A stretch of DNA of 64,000 nucleotides from Hydrolagus affinis (GCA_012026655.1 JAAILG010000371.1:1-64000); one strand, 5' to 3'; counted from the stretch's first letter, positions 26,101 to 40,622 are shown. Numbers and translations: made by a program. Notes: a model not told the origin generated them from the sequence alone.

Positions 26101-29100
26101 TCCCACCTACCATATAGCAGCTTCCCATCATGACATCCAACTGTTTTGTTGACTAAAATTAATTGGTGTCCTCTTTTGCTCCACTCAGTATAACCAACCT
26201 GGGTGGAAACTATTGTGCCGAGTCCCCAGGGGATAATGGTAATTATCACAATTACTATCGCATTTTCTCACAAATTTCTATAAGATGTGGAAGTCAACAC
26301 AACGGAACAATTGTTTAATCCAAAACTTAACATAAAACATTCCACCACCATCTTGGCAACCATTTATCAGGCCCAAATTTCTTCTCTCAGATCTGGAGCC
26401 AACATTTGAGTCCTGCTTAACGTGATACCAATCGAGTTAGGTGAGTATCATATATTAACCTGCAATTAAACTGGTCTCCGGTGATTGGGAGCATGAACAG
26501 AGAATGGAGGATTTTGTCAGGCCCAATCAATATGTTATCGTGAGAGGGGGCCTTCAATTCTCCATCTTTAGGAATGGAAAGGTGGGATTTTCTTGACAGA
26601 GTTGAAGTGATATTTAAAGCGTCGATTGGCACATAAATTCTGGTATAAAAATGTTGTATTTCGCCCCTGTATTTATTTCCAATAGCTAGTTTCTATGTTA
26701 AGAACAGGCATGCTTTTCATCATTTCCTGGATCCTCACTCATGTTCCTACACCTACACTTCACATAACAGTTCTCGTCTGTCTGTCCCACTCCTCCACAC
26801 TGTTGCCCATTGCGTTCTTTCCCACAAAATATACAGTCATTTCGCCTACATAATATGCAGTCAATTCACTTTACAGTATATTCTGTGAAGCACTTTGAGA
26901 CATCTCAATGATGTGATAGGCGCTATATCAAATGAAAGGATTATCATTATTTTCTTCGCCTCTCACTCAAAAGCCCACAACTCTCAATATTTCTTTCTTC
27001 ACGGCTGTCTCTCACTCTGTGGTTCATTTCTTTGTATGCTTCCACAATTGCACAGCTGCTTCAATATCAGAGTCTCAAACTTACATGTATGCCCTAACTC
27101 AACTTTAAATTACAACAGGACCGTGACTACAAACATTAACAGCAGCCTATGTAGAGTAGAATGGTACTACAGCATTCCCTGGAATTGAGGCTGACTGGCT
27201 CACACAGTCCCTTTGGATCCTTAAAAAAAATTGCAAAACTAAAGACTGTAAATAAAATAACATTTGCCTTTAAACCTCTTCATTCAATAAAACAAAACAT
27301 CGAAAAACAAATAAGATACATAACAGGAAGCAGTGTTTCACATGAAACACAAACCGCCTCTTATTGGATAATCTGCTCAGCCAGTAGGTTTGTGGGTTAT
27401 GGGGTTTAATGTCAATTCAATGGGAATTATTTATAGTAAATCACCACTCCCATTGCTGCCCCCACTATATGTGCAGTGCCTTGAATCCAGGCTGTGTTTC
27501 CAGGCATTGCCGTGCAACGCTTTTGGAAATAAAACCAAACATAAATATTGCCTGTGCTTCCTATTCTCAATAAAGTCAATAAACATAATCATTAACTGGC
27601 CCTTATATGTTGCCTTTCAGAGGAGGTATCCTCCTACATATGTGACTTGTCAACCAAGCTTGAGGAATGCCAACCTGAAAATCATACTCGGAACGCAAGA
27701 CCTCACTTGCAAATGGTGAGTGGTAGAATTCAGCAGAAGTAAAAAAATTCCCAGCTGGATCAGACATTAGAAAAAGTATATTCTCAGAGGGCAGTGGAAA
27801 TGTAGAATATAATAAAAATATAATAATTATCCTTGCTTTCAGGAGAACATCGATAGAGTAGACATCAATAAACATTAACAGGCATCAATAAGAGGCTACT
27901 TTTCCATTCATTTAGAAGAAGGAGAGAGTTTTCCTATTGTCCTGACTATTGATTCCAGATAGAAAAATGATCATTCACCACAATGCCTGCTTTAAGAAGC
28001 ATTGCTGTGCACAAATTTGCTGTCATGTTCGTCTATAAGCACACAGACTACGTTTTGAGACATTCTTGACTTCATAAGGCACTGTATCAATGCAACAACT
28101 ACAACAAAATTACATTTTAGAGTGCCTTTCACGTCAGGAGGATGTCCCAATGCGCTGAAAAGTCAGGGATCAGGACCTGAGCATGGAAGAGGGGCAGGGT
28201 AGGGGGAAATAAATGCAAGTATCAGTGTTATTATTACAAGATGACCAAAATGTTATCATTCTTAAACCCCTCCACCTGTTAAGACTTTTAATCAGGGATA
28301 TCTTCACACATACTGGGTGGGGGGGCAAAAAAACAATTTTGAATCTCTATTGACCTGTCTCCTCAGAGCCAATACAGCTCCCAGCAGTTTTCATCGATCC
28401 TTCAAAGAAGGATTTTATTGACCTCAGACTAGCAAAATGCTGAGTGGACCCACTAAGACTCAACCCATAACCTATGGTCCCAAGTCTAGCTCTCAATAGG
28501 CTATGCTTTCCCGGTGTTGAAAGCAAGGAGAAGAATAATTCATACAATTAAAAAATATTACTTACAGTGTATAGGAAGTAGAATTAGAATAATCTCCTTC
28601 ATGAGGCAATGGTGCACATTAGTTTACCTTTGTGCTTATTTAATTACATTAGGGGTTAACGCAGAGCACTATTCCAGGCTTGGAAGATCATTACTCAATT
28701 AATCTTCAAAATAGGATAGAGAATGTGTTTCCATTACATTATTGGTACAGCACTTTACACACTCCACTTGAAGGTTAGGAAACAAAGTGTTGTTCTTTTG
28801 TTTGAAATCGTTTTCCTTTACATGTAAATGGTCGATGGACTGTACAGAACTGCTGCAAAATGTTTGAATGATTAATTTATACAAAAGTAATTAAAACTGA
28901 GGTGCTCTATGTCGTTTCCTAGCTTGCTGAAAGTTGCAAAGAACGAGTTGATGAATGGATTTTCTTTGAAATACTTGATGTTGCTGCTGAAACCAAATAA
29001 GAGATAATTAGTTGTAACGTGAACCCTTGGGCCTTATTAGTATTCATAAGAATAACCACCGGTTAGCAAAGGGATGTTGCAGCCACACAACTAATGAATA

Positions 29101-31055
29101 ATCATTAGCTCTCTCACTTTTCCCATTTTAATGGGGGGATTTTACAGCAAAGAAAACAACAACTTTTTAAAAAGAATAATCATAATTGCATAAGTTTTTG
29201 CAGCATAACTGAACACTAGTGGTTTTATTTGCAGCAAAAATTTACGTATTTAACATTCACATGGTGAATTAATAAAGTAACTTTTTCTTCCTGAATTATC
29301 TTATCAATGCTTTGAACCACAGTTGCCATTAGCACTGGTTTGTATTCCTACAGATTTGCATTCTTGTTTATCTCTAGAAATAACACCAAAATATTCAGCA
29401 TAATAGAATTTGTTTTGCATTATGTAAATTAAGTCAATTGTAACAATGAATGGAATTATACAAAGAAAAAGCTTTCTGGCAGTCAAATTTCATTTCCAGG
29501 TGCTACTAGGAAGCATGGAATTATTCAATTTATTTTCTGTTTTGTCAAACCTTAACACTTTGTGTTATCATTAGCGGAATTAATTGCTGCGCTATTTGGT
29601 AAATAATACCACAAGGTTATGTATGTGGGCAAAATGCAACCACTTTGTGCTATGGGAGCATCAAAGCATTGTCTGCTGCATGTAGAATAATGTCTAGTTA
29701 TCTGAGGATGTACAATAGTAAAAGAAAATTGACATAGTACCTTTCGAGTCAGGAGGATGTCCCAAAATGCTTAACAATCCTGCTTGGCACCTGGTTATCT
29801 TACACATTGTGTTATTTGTCAACATTAATTCAATGCTATTTGGGATATTGGCAAAATGTGATAAAGTGCTATATTAAATACAAGGATTATTATTAGAAAC
29901 TGATCAGCTTGTGGAACAGTAACATATACTGACAGGGAAACATCCTATTGGATCATCCGGGCCATGTCTATTCCTTGGGAGAGTGGATTGAAGAGTATAA
30001 AGCTGTGAGCTGATCCCCCACTCCCACCTACCAACAGTTTTCCATCTCTCTTTGCTCTGGGGCTCGTGGAAGGAGGACCCCCAACCCAGGCAGGCGATTG
30101 AACCTTACACACATGGCTGGGTCAGGCAGTTGCAGAGAACATGGATTGTTACAGGGCGTGAGGGAACAGGAGGATTGTAAGACACTTCCCACACACTCAG
30201 CTACCTGTACCACTCTGGAACAATTGGAGGCAACGAGGCGTTTCATCAGCTAAACACGAGGCATTCTTTGTTCGGGCTTCTGAAATTTGGGTTAGTAAAC
30301 AGTGACTTGTGACCAAGTATGTGTCAGTATCTACCTGGCTCCAGTTACAATATTAATTATTTCATTTGATATAGTCCCTTATCATGTGATTGAAACATTT
30401 GAAAATGCTTTACAAAATTTTTACTGTAAAGTGTGGTGACTCTGTATTTTGTAGGCAGCCAATGTTGTACATAGCAATGTCCCACATACAGCCATGAAGG
30501 GAATGGCCAGTTTTAACTGGACGATAAATTGATACACTGATTTATTATCAAATAATCCTCCCCATGTAAGAAAATTGATTAAAACTACAAAACTTGTAGT
30601 GAGACCAGGTACAACATAATAAAACTTTGACTACTAACGATCACAGAGATAGTCAATAAATTATTACTTTAGACTGTTGGGAAGAAATTCCACCTGGGTC
30701 TAGACTTATTCTATTTATGTACCGTTTTATTTAGTTTTAGACTTTGAATTGGAGTACTGCTGGAATTTCATCAGCTAAACACAGACAAATGTGTTGCTGT
30801 TTCTTTTGATGTAATAAAACCATACAGCTTGCTATTGAAAGCACAATATACCATGCTTGCACCACCCTAGCCATTAGGGTTTTGGTTTGCTGAGTTAAAG
30901 GGATGGAAAGAATCCCTGCCCCAGTGATTCAAGTCTTTTCTGATGATCCAGGTTGGCTGGATCAGCAGTGCCTGGAATAATGCAGACCTATCAGACTGCA
31001 GAGACAAAGGGTTGACTCTATTCTGGCATTCTATTGCAAAACATGTCACCTTAAT

Positions 31056-31261
31056 AATAAAATAATGATCCTTGCATTTAATATAGCACTTTTTCACATC
31101 TTCTAGATGTAAAATAGTCATGGTTTTTTTGGGGACGGATTATTATTAGGCGTGTGGAGTAAGGAATCTTGCCCAAGGTTTCGCCCGGACCTGCCTGGAT
31201 TCGAAACACAGGTCTCATGCTTGTAAGGCGAGTATTCTAACCACTGAGTTACAGGACTCCA
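31056..31261 (-). mobile_element. tRNA-derived SINE with internal deletion
   Basis: Head ggagtcctgtaactcagtggttag joined almost directly to the tail gctatattaaatgcaagg. Confidence 0.8.
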
Positions 31262-31599
31262 CAACTGTTTCAGCTACAAGGAGATTACGCTTGCCACTCT
31301 TTCTCATGAGGACACCAACTACTGACTGTCTCCTTGGCGGGGAGATAAGGGTGGGTCATCTTACATTTGATATTATGCTTTCATGTCAGAAACACATCTC
31401 AAACCACTTCACAGGAAATACTGTATAGAACCGTGACTGTGTTTTATAATAGCATATAATTAAAAATAATTGTGCAGATTCAAATTGAATTATGCAAGGT
31501 AGTAAAGTTCTTAAATTGACATGAATGTTGATTCCAGTTTAGTAGGTATTTAGAAGGACAAATTAAAATATTTCAGGTAGATTTTGCTCCATTTCTTTT

Positions 31600-31958
31600 T
31601 TCTTGGTTTTAGTTTTTTTTTCTAAATCCTCACACTCGTGTTCAAATCCCTTCACCTCCCTACTTTTCCGACCTCCTCACTCACCATTCCACCATCCGGT
31701 GTCTCCACTCAACTGGCACCAGCTTCCTATTTCTCACTTGCACCCTCCACTCCACCATTGGAGGTGGCAAAACTGTGGAACACTCTCCCTCAATCTCTCC
31801 ACCTTGAACCCCCCTCTCCCCTTTCTCAAGACCCACCTGAAAACTTTCCTTCTCATCATTGCTTATGGTCAACGCCCCCCAGGTCAGAGTCAGGCTCAGC
31901 CATTTTTAAGCACTCTTGAGGCACATTGTATAAGTGCAAATTGTTGTTGTTGTTGTAC
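31600..31958 (+). mobile_element. L2 3' end
   Basis: FKSLH...LWNTLP and LKTHLKTFL motifs in shifted frames; (GTT)n tail. Confidence 0.8.
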
Positions 31959-34003
31959 ATGACCAGTTAAAAAGTGATCCAAAGTCTCATCACGCAGGTG
32001 GCCACTAACCAGCACACTGATGTGTATTTTATTCAGTGAATTTCAGTGAAAGAAGGTAATTGATAGATTATTAAAACTACTGGAAATAGTGACAAGTTCA
32101 AGTGTTTAATTTGTGGTATTTCTTAATGGGATTCATTAACCAGGAATTAGTCACACACATGTTGACCCCTTCCTTTAACTGGAAGTGGAGATGTCTGACC
32201 TGCTTTGCTTCGGGAAGTTTGTTGCACTTGGATTGATGGCAAAAGTAATATTTGGTCACTCGATCTACAAATGTTTGTTGGACACTGCTATGTTCAATTG
32301 GCCACTATGTTTTGCCCTCAAGATATACAGTCAAATCAATTTACAGTATTTCTTGTGAATCGCTTTGAGACATCTCGAAGACACGATAAGGCGCTACATC
32401 AAATGGGAAGGATTATTATTTATAATTCTAGGTCTCATCCCCTTTAAAGAATTCCATTAATAAATATTGCAAAGAATATTCAGAAGGGTATAATCATCAT
32501 ATAATCAAACTGATACTGTCAGATTTGACAATGAACTAACTAACCCCAAGTTTTGTGAAACTTTTGGGAGGGAGAGAGAGAGAAATGGAGGGTTAGTTAG
32601 ACATTGCAGACTTTGTATTATTAATGAATGGTTGTAGAAATATGGCAATCTCCGACTCATGGGAAGCAAACACGGGCAAACTCTCACGTGATTGGAGCTG
32701 ATTTAGTAACATGAGCAGGATGTTGTTTTGCAGGGTTAAAACTAAATCCTAGCTGAATGCCTGAAATTGGAAACCATAAGAATGATCCTGTCTTGTAGTT
32801 GCTCGCAGTCTACGGTGGGAATGTGACTGCAGGCGACTGATCCCGTCAGATGGGCACTGTGGCAATTTGGATCTAAAGTTAAATGTCAGAAGTTATAGAG
32901 AGATCTGCTCACAGCAAACAGCTTCAAAGCATTTCTTCCAACGAGTCACTCAAAGAGATGACTTTTAGGGATCAGGTTTTACAAGCAGAGTCTTCATCAT
33001 GCACGAATCACAGCACTGCTGATGCACTCGACAATGTGACAGTGTCTGCTGAATGTGATTGTGAAATATCATTGTTTGTTACTGACAGCTAATGACATCT
33101 TCCAGAGGTAAAGAAGTCATTGGTTCCAGTGACAAATTCCTTTTGGTGAGATGTTTCAGCTGCATTTGACAAGCCTGTGTTGACAAACAATGTGGTGAAT
33201 AATAAAATCACTGACTGCAGTCTTGACATTCGGTTCTTTCTGTTTTACAAACAAAATGTATATATAAATACATCTGTGTGTATTGGTGTGATGTTTACTG
33301 ATTAATATAATACTGCTGAGAAACATAGTTTGCTCTATGGAAGTTTTCTCATCAAGCACTCCCAGATGAGGCTTAACATGGGTCATCTATCAGGTCATGT
33401 TCTCTAAATAATGTGCCTAAATTGTAGCTCACTGCAGCACCTGTGACTGTACCAGTGTTCAATTTCCTACATCATCCTAGTGACCTCTCAAATCAAGAGT
33501 GTCCAATTAGCAGCAGATAGTTAGTAAATTATTCACAACTCTGAGTTCTGGACTGGCATCCACTCGACACTAGACTGAGGTTGCTGAAACTCATTTCACT
33601 AAGGATTCTTGACACATGCTAAGAAGAGAGAGCTTCTATTCCCATCAGCATGGACTTTCTTACATCCTGGAGAAAATGTAATGTTCTGAGTTACAGCACC
33701 ACCAAATTCAGATATTTAATAGAAGTGTGGAACTGGAGATGTTCAAAGGCATTGAAATTGATTCACATTTAAATTTAAGCAGTGGATTCACGTTACTCTG
33801 CACAACTATGGTTCTGAAGTCAAAGTGACCAATGTGGAGTGACAATACATTTGTTCCATTGAATTAATAGAAAGAGACTTGACATTACTGTCAAAAAAGT
33901 ACGATTCTACCAGTGTCGGTATAATTCTTGTAAATTGTATGATATCATGTGAAATGCACATTTCACTCCAACTTGTGCTAAAGATAGAATAATTGAACCA
34001 TGG

Positions 34004-34079
34004 AAATTTATAGCATGGTGAAGAAAGGAAATAGAAGTCCATGGACTTCTATTTCCTTTCTTCACCATGCTATAAATTT
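34004..34079. repeat. 76-bp perfect palindrome without spacer
   Basis: aaatttatagcatggtgaagaaaggaaatagaagtcca|tggacttctatttcctttcttcaccatgctataaattt. Confidence 0.97.
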
Positions 34080-37000
34080 GTCTGTGTTTGCTCTTTTAAA
34101 GAGTAATTCTTTCAGTCCCGTTTACCTGCCTTTTTTTCCCCTTACTCTGTATTTTATTCCCTTTTAAATATGAGAGATGATAAGAAGTAAAAAGTATTGG
34201 CTGCAGTTTTTACCTCTTTGACCCCATGTTTGGTCATTCCCCTTATCAATACCTCGGCTCCCACCATTGGGTCAAGCGCCAAGCCAGCATAAGCACTTTA
34301 AGACGTCTGAAAGATGTGATAAGGTGCTATATCAAATGCAAAGATTGTGATTATTATTAAGTGGCTTACATTTTTGTTAAAGGTTTTATATAAATGTAAA
34401 CTTGTTTTGTGTTGTTTTGCAAAAGTATGGCACCTAGAAAAATGGGATGCAGACCCAAGACCATTAATAATAATAATCATGCTTGCATTTAATATAGTGC
34501 TTTTCACATCTTCTAAGCTTCTCAAAGCACTGCATAGAATATATTGTAAAGTGAATTGACTATATGTGGGCAAAATGCGACAGCCAATTGCGTACAGCAG
34601 TGTCCCACAAACAGTCCTGGATTGAAATGACCAATTTATTATTTTTAAATAACGTAAAAGAAAGGGGGAACAAACAGTTTGGCATTACTTGTTTTACAAC
34701 CATGTCAACACACGCAAGTGAGAACCAGCCCTATGAGGAGTAGAATAGTGTAGGTTTAGTTAGCTGTTATTATTTTATATTTATGTAAAAACATTAATTT
34801 GGGCACTGGCCATTTGATCTGCAATGGTCCTACACATTCCTATATGTGTCATTGCTGTGTGCTATCTCAGCTTCAGTCAGAGTTTGGCTCACTCTAGAAA
34901 TGGGAAAGTGTTGAGTTCATCCTTTCCTATTATCCTGAGCTATTGTTACAATTGGTAAACTCGGATGAAAAAAGGAATAAGACAACAGCTCCAATAAATT
35001 AACAAATTATTTCAAAATGTAAGTAAAGTTATAAAGTAAATATTTCATATTCTCTTCACTATCGCCGGACTATTCCCTTTGGGAGAAGGTAAACAAAAAC
35101 CTTTCCTGTTTCACTGAGGAATAGTAAAGAATCTTTAAACTACAGTCTGTTTGGTAAACAGGAAAGGGCTTTAAATTTTGGCACTCTCATCAGGAAAAGT
35201 CTGTGTGTGCCAGCTCACACATAGATGTGAGAATCAGACAGTAATCTAACAAGCTGTTAACAAGACTAATAAGAGGCTGCCAACACATAAGATCAGATCT
35301 GAGATTTCAAGCATTGCAATTAGAATGTGTAAGAAAATTGCACAATTTTCTGACAAGGTGTTGTAGTTATTAGAAATACCATGTTCAGCTAATTCAGCAA
35401 ATTCTAGTCCTCCAATTACTCCCATTCTTCCTCCCCCACCACACACACACACACTGATGCACAAAGAATGGGATGATGGCCCATAGAACCATAAAATAGA
35501 GTCTAATTTTCTTTGTGGATGAATAGAATTCCATAATAATCAATGAAAGTTGTGTAAATGAGGTTCCTTCCCCATGATCGTGCCAAGGTGTGTGAATTAT
35601 GTGCTGATGCCCTGTATATTCGGAGTAGAATATACAGTTTGATGGGAATTCGAATGTGTTTCCCTTTTTAAATATTTTTCGCACTTCAGAGGCTTTCTGA
35701 AATTGCAATATTGCCATTTTGAGAATGTTGGAAATTAGTGAGCAAAACAGAAAAGCAGGTAACATGGGTGACATTTGCACAGCTTTATTACTGTGATATT
35801 AATGCTTATCTGAGCAAATGCAGTGAATGAGCAGAGAGATTCTTTACTTGAATCTGTCACCTGAGTTTGTATTCAATGTGACACCTAGCAGTTTTGTTGC
35901 ATAAATATGATATTTCCTGAATAGTTAAGAACTTTCTCAATGCAAAACATCAAACAACTTACAAGCTTTATATGTTAAATAGCCTGTTTTAGTTAGCAAA
36001 ACATGTGCTGCATTGCATATACAATACATTTCAAGGGTTAGTTTACTATATCTTTTATTATTTCTTACAACGCTATTGATTACATTGCATTTTCTGTTAC
36101 TTTCATAGGAACCTTCTTTTTACAAATGATCATCTTTATTAAAAAAGAAAGTTCTCAATAATTTCATATTTGGTCTTTTTTTTATTCATCAGCAACTTTT
36201 TTCTGTACATGGCTGCATGATAATTGCCACAATAATACTTTTAACCTGATGTGGATTAGTGCTGTTCTTCCTACAATCTCTTTGTAGATGTTTTCAACTT
36301 TTGTGTGAATTCAAAACCACAAAGATAGAATGGCTGGAAGGTAGAGTAATGTCTTTGATGGATGACTGCAATATAATCATGTAAAATAATGCTGAACAAA
36401 ATTCTGTTCCAGCCTCCAAGCTTCCTCTTAAGATATTGTTGTGAATTAAAACTAAACTCTACAGTGGTGGCACAGTTTGATTCAGTTCATTTGCAGTTAT
36501 TATAGGTTAACATTGATGGTAGTTTAAAATAAAACATGGTAGCCCAATCGTATTAAATAGTTTTATCTCAAGATAAAGAGGAAATTAGATGGATACGTTA
36601 TAAGAAGACAATAGAACAGGTGAGCAGAGTGGGATTAGATTGGACTCCAACCAATTTCAGTCTTACATGGATAATAATGAGACATTGCTTTGATATAACA
36701 TCTTATCCCTTGACCCCATCCCTATGTCTCTCCTTACCTCCCAGCTTCACCTCCTTGCCCTCTGAATCACAGACAACATTAACTCCTCCCAGTAAACTGG
36801 CATTGTTCCCGCACTTTTAAAAACTCCTCACTCCTATCCTTAAAAAACCCATTCTTGCTCTCCAATTTGCATTTCCAACCTTCCTTTCCAAGGCCCTGGA
36901 CAAGTCATTGTTTCAGTTTTTATTAAATGTTATATAAATGTAAGGTATTTGATTCGCTTATTAAAGTCTTCTAATACAACAACAACAAACAAATTGCAAT

Positions 37001-37289
37001 TATAGAGTGCATTTCACATCAGGAGCAAGTCCCAAGGTACGATACAGTTGGGGGTTGGAATCAAGAGAAGTGGAGAGTGGGTGGAGATGGGAGAGTGGGT
37101 GGCCATTTTGGCTGGATCTCTATTTGAGAAACATCCACGAGCCGCATAAGCAATATTTTCATGTTTCCCTTCCAGAAACAAAACATTTGCTGATTATGGA
37201 GGGAGTGGGTGTGCCAGATGAAATGGAGGAAGCGGGGAAGCCAGATGAAATCAGCCTACGCGCTGCCAGTTGGATCACCTTGACATAAG

Positions 37290-37810
37290 GCTCAGTCAAA
37301 GAGGAAGGTCTTGAGGTGGGCCTTGAAGCTGGCAAGGGAGAGGGTCAGGAGAAGGGAATCCAGGATGGAATGCCAGAGGGAGGTGGCAGAAAGGTTGAAG
37401 GCTCGACCACCAATGGTGGGGTGGATAGGACTGGGGATATGGAGCAGTCCAGTGGGCAGAAAAACAACAAGTTTCATTTAATTAGTGTCCTTCACACGGG
37501 GCAGCTTTTCGTTGTGCTTAAAGGAAGGTAACGATTTAGCAGGTTGCATATTTAGGGAGGAGCAAGATCATGGACGGCTTCAAAAGTAAGTACTAAGATT
37601 TTTAATTCAATCCTCTGTGGGATGGGGAGCAGTGAAGCTGGGTGAGGATAGGGGTGATCAGCCTGGTGAGGGAGAGGACAAGAGATGCAGAGTTCTGAGT
37701 AATTTGCAGCTTGTGAAGGGAAGTGTTGGTTAGTTTGGTGAGCAAAGAGTTAGCATAGTCAAGCCTGGGCATGATGAAAGCATGGATGAGGGTCTCAGAG
37801 GCATGCAGAA
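37290..37810 (-). mobile_element. L2 ORF2 C-terminal fragment
   Basis: ORFs read ETLIHAFIMPRLDYANSLL...LQITQNSA and GGRAF...LWHSI...FKAHLKTFLF. Confidence 0.9.
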
Positions 37811-38489
37811 ACAGTGGGATCACTTTTAGCAATTTAGCATTTCTCAAATTTCAGTACACCTGAGGAAATTCTGACTCCCAACACATCAGCTTCAAAATAT
37901 AGACACTTAGCAGATCTCGATGATTTCTTCTGCTGCCATTCATTTAATGGCATAGGCATCAACCTGTAAATATTTCTTGTTTTTTCGTGTGTAGATATGG
38001 CGTCTTAGATTTCAAAACAAAAATGGCCATTTAGATTTGTCTATCCTAGTTAACTGCTTACTCTCATGGTGTACCTTTCCTCTGAATATTCTGCTTCTTT
38101 ACACATCACAGCTTCATCACTAAGCTCACGTGTTCTGCTTCAAATATTTTTACTTAAAGAATATTGAGACCAGCAGGGTTCCCAAAATTAATCACAATGG
38201 TATGCTGTTCATCACGTTCAATTAGAACTGTTATCACTGATAGGTATTTTCTTGCTTCCTATTATCTCGTTATATGTTATGTCCAACATGAAAGGTCTTT
38301 ACTGCAATCACTGCCTACATTTTCAGTTTGAGAATTAAAGCTATTGCTGCTCAATTGACTACTTGCAACCAAACTGTTGAAAACAGTTCCTCAACCTCAT
38401 CTTTCATATCTCATTTCTAATAGATGTTCCCATATCCCAAAGCATTTGTTGGGGTCAGCCAGGTATCTGACACATGCAGAAACCCATCA

Positions 38490-38940
38490 CCTGCTTAGGC
38501 TGCTGAAACTCTCATTCATGCCTTCATCGTGTCCAGGCTTGATTACACCAACACCCTGCTTGTCAGCCTTCCCTATGCCTCCCTTCATGGGCTGCAGATC
38601 ATCCAGAACTCTGCAGCCCATGTCTTCTCTTGCACCAAGATCTGTGACCCTATTTCTCCCATTCTCACCCAACTCTAATGGCATCACATCATTCAGAGGA
38701 TTCAATTCAAGATCCTGATTCTCACCTTGAAAGCCCTCCATGCCTTTGCCCCACCTTCCTCTGCAACTTCCTAACCTCTTACCAACCCATCCACTCCTTC
38801 TGTTCAGAGGCACTAGAATTTTCCATGTCCCCTGACCCACCCCGCCACCAAAGATGGACTTTCAGCCATTTTGCCCCCAACCTCTGGAATTCCATACCGC
38901 AACCTCTCCGCCTCTCCCTCTCCCTAGCTTCCTAAAAACC
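38490..38940 (+). mobile_element. L2 ORF2 C-terminal fragment
   Basis: gctgaaactctcattcatgccttc (AETLIHAF), ctgcagatcatccagaactctgcagcc (LQIIQNSAA), FSHFAPNLWNSIP. Confidence 0.85.
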
Positions 38941-39149
38941 TCAATAAATTTGTGACTTTTCATGCACAATTCTGATGGGTAATGGTTGCTTTGTAGACAA
39001 ATACCGCAGCCATTGTGTGCACAGCAAAACCCCAGAAGTATCAGGAGATGAATCAATATGTATTCTAGAGGATTGTTGTCCAGGATTCTGGGTGAAATTC
39101 CCTTATTTTTTAAAAAGCAGGAACTTTAAAGTTGATTTGAAAAAACAGA

Positions 39150-39450
39150 AGACAACAACAACAAAATTACATTTATAGAGCGCCTTTCACGTCCGGAGGA
39201 CATGCCAAGGTGCTGAACAGTAAGGGGTCAGGACAAGGCGGAGGGGCAGGGTGGGGAAGAGGGAAGGGAGAGAGCTGGGAGGGTGGCTGAAGGCACAACC
39301 GTAAAGGAAGATCTTGAGACGGGCCTTGGACAAGGCAAGGGAGGAAGCGAGGTGAAGGTTCTGTGGAATGGAGTTCCAGAGTGTAGGGACAGTGAAGCTG
39401 AAAGCCCGGCCACTGATGGTAGGGCGGATCGGACAGAGTACATGAGACAG
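39150..39450 (-). mobile_element. L2 3' end
   Basis: SGRAFSFTVPTLWNSIP...KARLKIFL, plus (GTT)n tail. Confidence 0.85.
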
Positions 39451-40622
39451 AACCTCAACAACAACAATCACATTTATGTTCTGCCTTTCACATGGAGAGA
39501 ATATCTCAAAATACTTCACAAGACTGACTGGGAATCCTAGTTGGGGGGAAGAAGGTGACCAAATTGATTTCGGCGACGGTGACATGGCTTCGGTGTCTAG
39601 GAATTTGCTCTTAATATGAAATGCAATTTGTTGATGTTCTTGAAAGCATGGGTAGTTGAAGATATAGGTTTTAAGGTGTTAACAGGTGGGGAGGGAGAAG
39701 CAATTTTGGGATGGATTCTCATTCGAAGAACTCTAAAATAAATTTGCATTCCTCTTGAAAGTCATCAAAACCCATTAATACTGAGAAGCCATAATCCACA
39801 AACTAGATATCCAGTGCTGGGGAATGGGATTAAAATAAATAGCTGGTGTTAGGATTGAGTCTGACCCAATCATCCCCTGTGCTGTGAGCAGAATAATTCC
39901 ATGATCATTTTGGAAAAAAAACTCTGTTCTGTCAATTCCAGTTGAGCACAAGTTCCATTTTGTGATCAGAAATTCTTTAATCCATTTTCGGAGGCATTAA
40001 CAGGCGACACACGAAAAGACCTTAATCCATCCCATAGCTGGGAGACATTTGTACATACCACAAAGAAAATGAGCTGCAGACTAATGTTCTGTGCTCTTGC
40101 CTGGCATGTTCAAAGTGTCATTAAGTGAAATAATTCCATAGTCCCTTTTGTTGTACCACTGACAGCTCCAAAGGCTAATCTTGATGAATTTACTCAGGTG
40201 TGTCTTTCCACAAGCTTTAGTTCAAATTGTAAGTTACCATTTTTGTCTTGATAATTATATCACATATATGGATGGATGTAACTGTATCTTGGGCAACCTT
40301 GTTGACTTTTACACTGAGCTTTATTTCCAAAGTGTTCTACTGAAGAGTTACATTTTTTGCTGTGAGCTGAAAGTCTGTTCCACATATCTACTACTTGGCT
40401 AAAAGACAAAAGTATGTTTAATCTCAGGTCTTGCTTGAGGCGTATTAACTTATACTTGTGGTCTCTGCTTCTCCACTCAGTGTCCAAATAAACCAACAAA
40501 AATCAGATCCAAGGTGTACATTTCTCTGGGACATCATATCCAAAGTATTGTACGCAAAGGTCTCCACAACATAAGGAGGCTGTTGAAGTCTCAGAGGCAG
40601 TGCACATAATGGGAGCAACATC

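Noticed and set aside
35246-35464. Hydrophobic minus-strand ORF considered as a later RNF145 exon
   Set aside because: No similarity to RNF145 transmembrane segments and no convincing splice sites.
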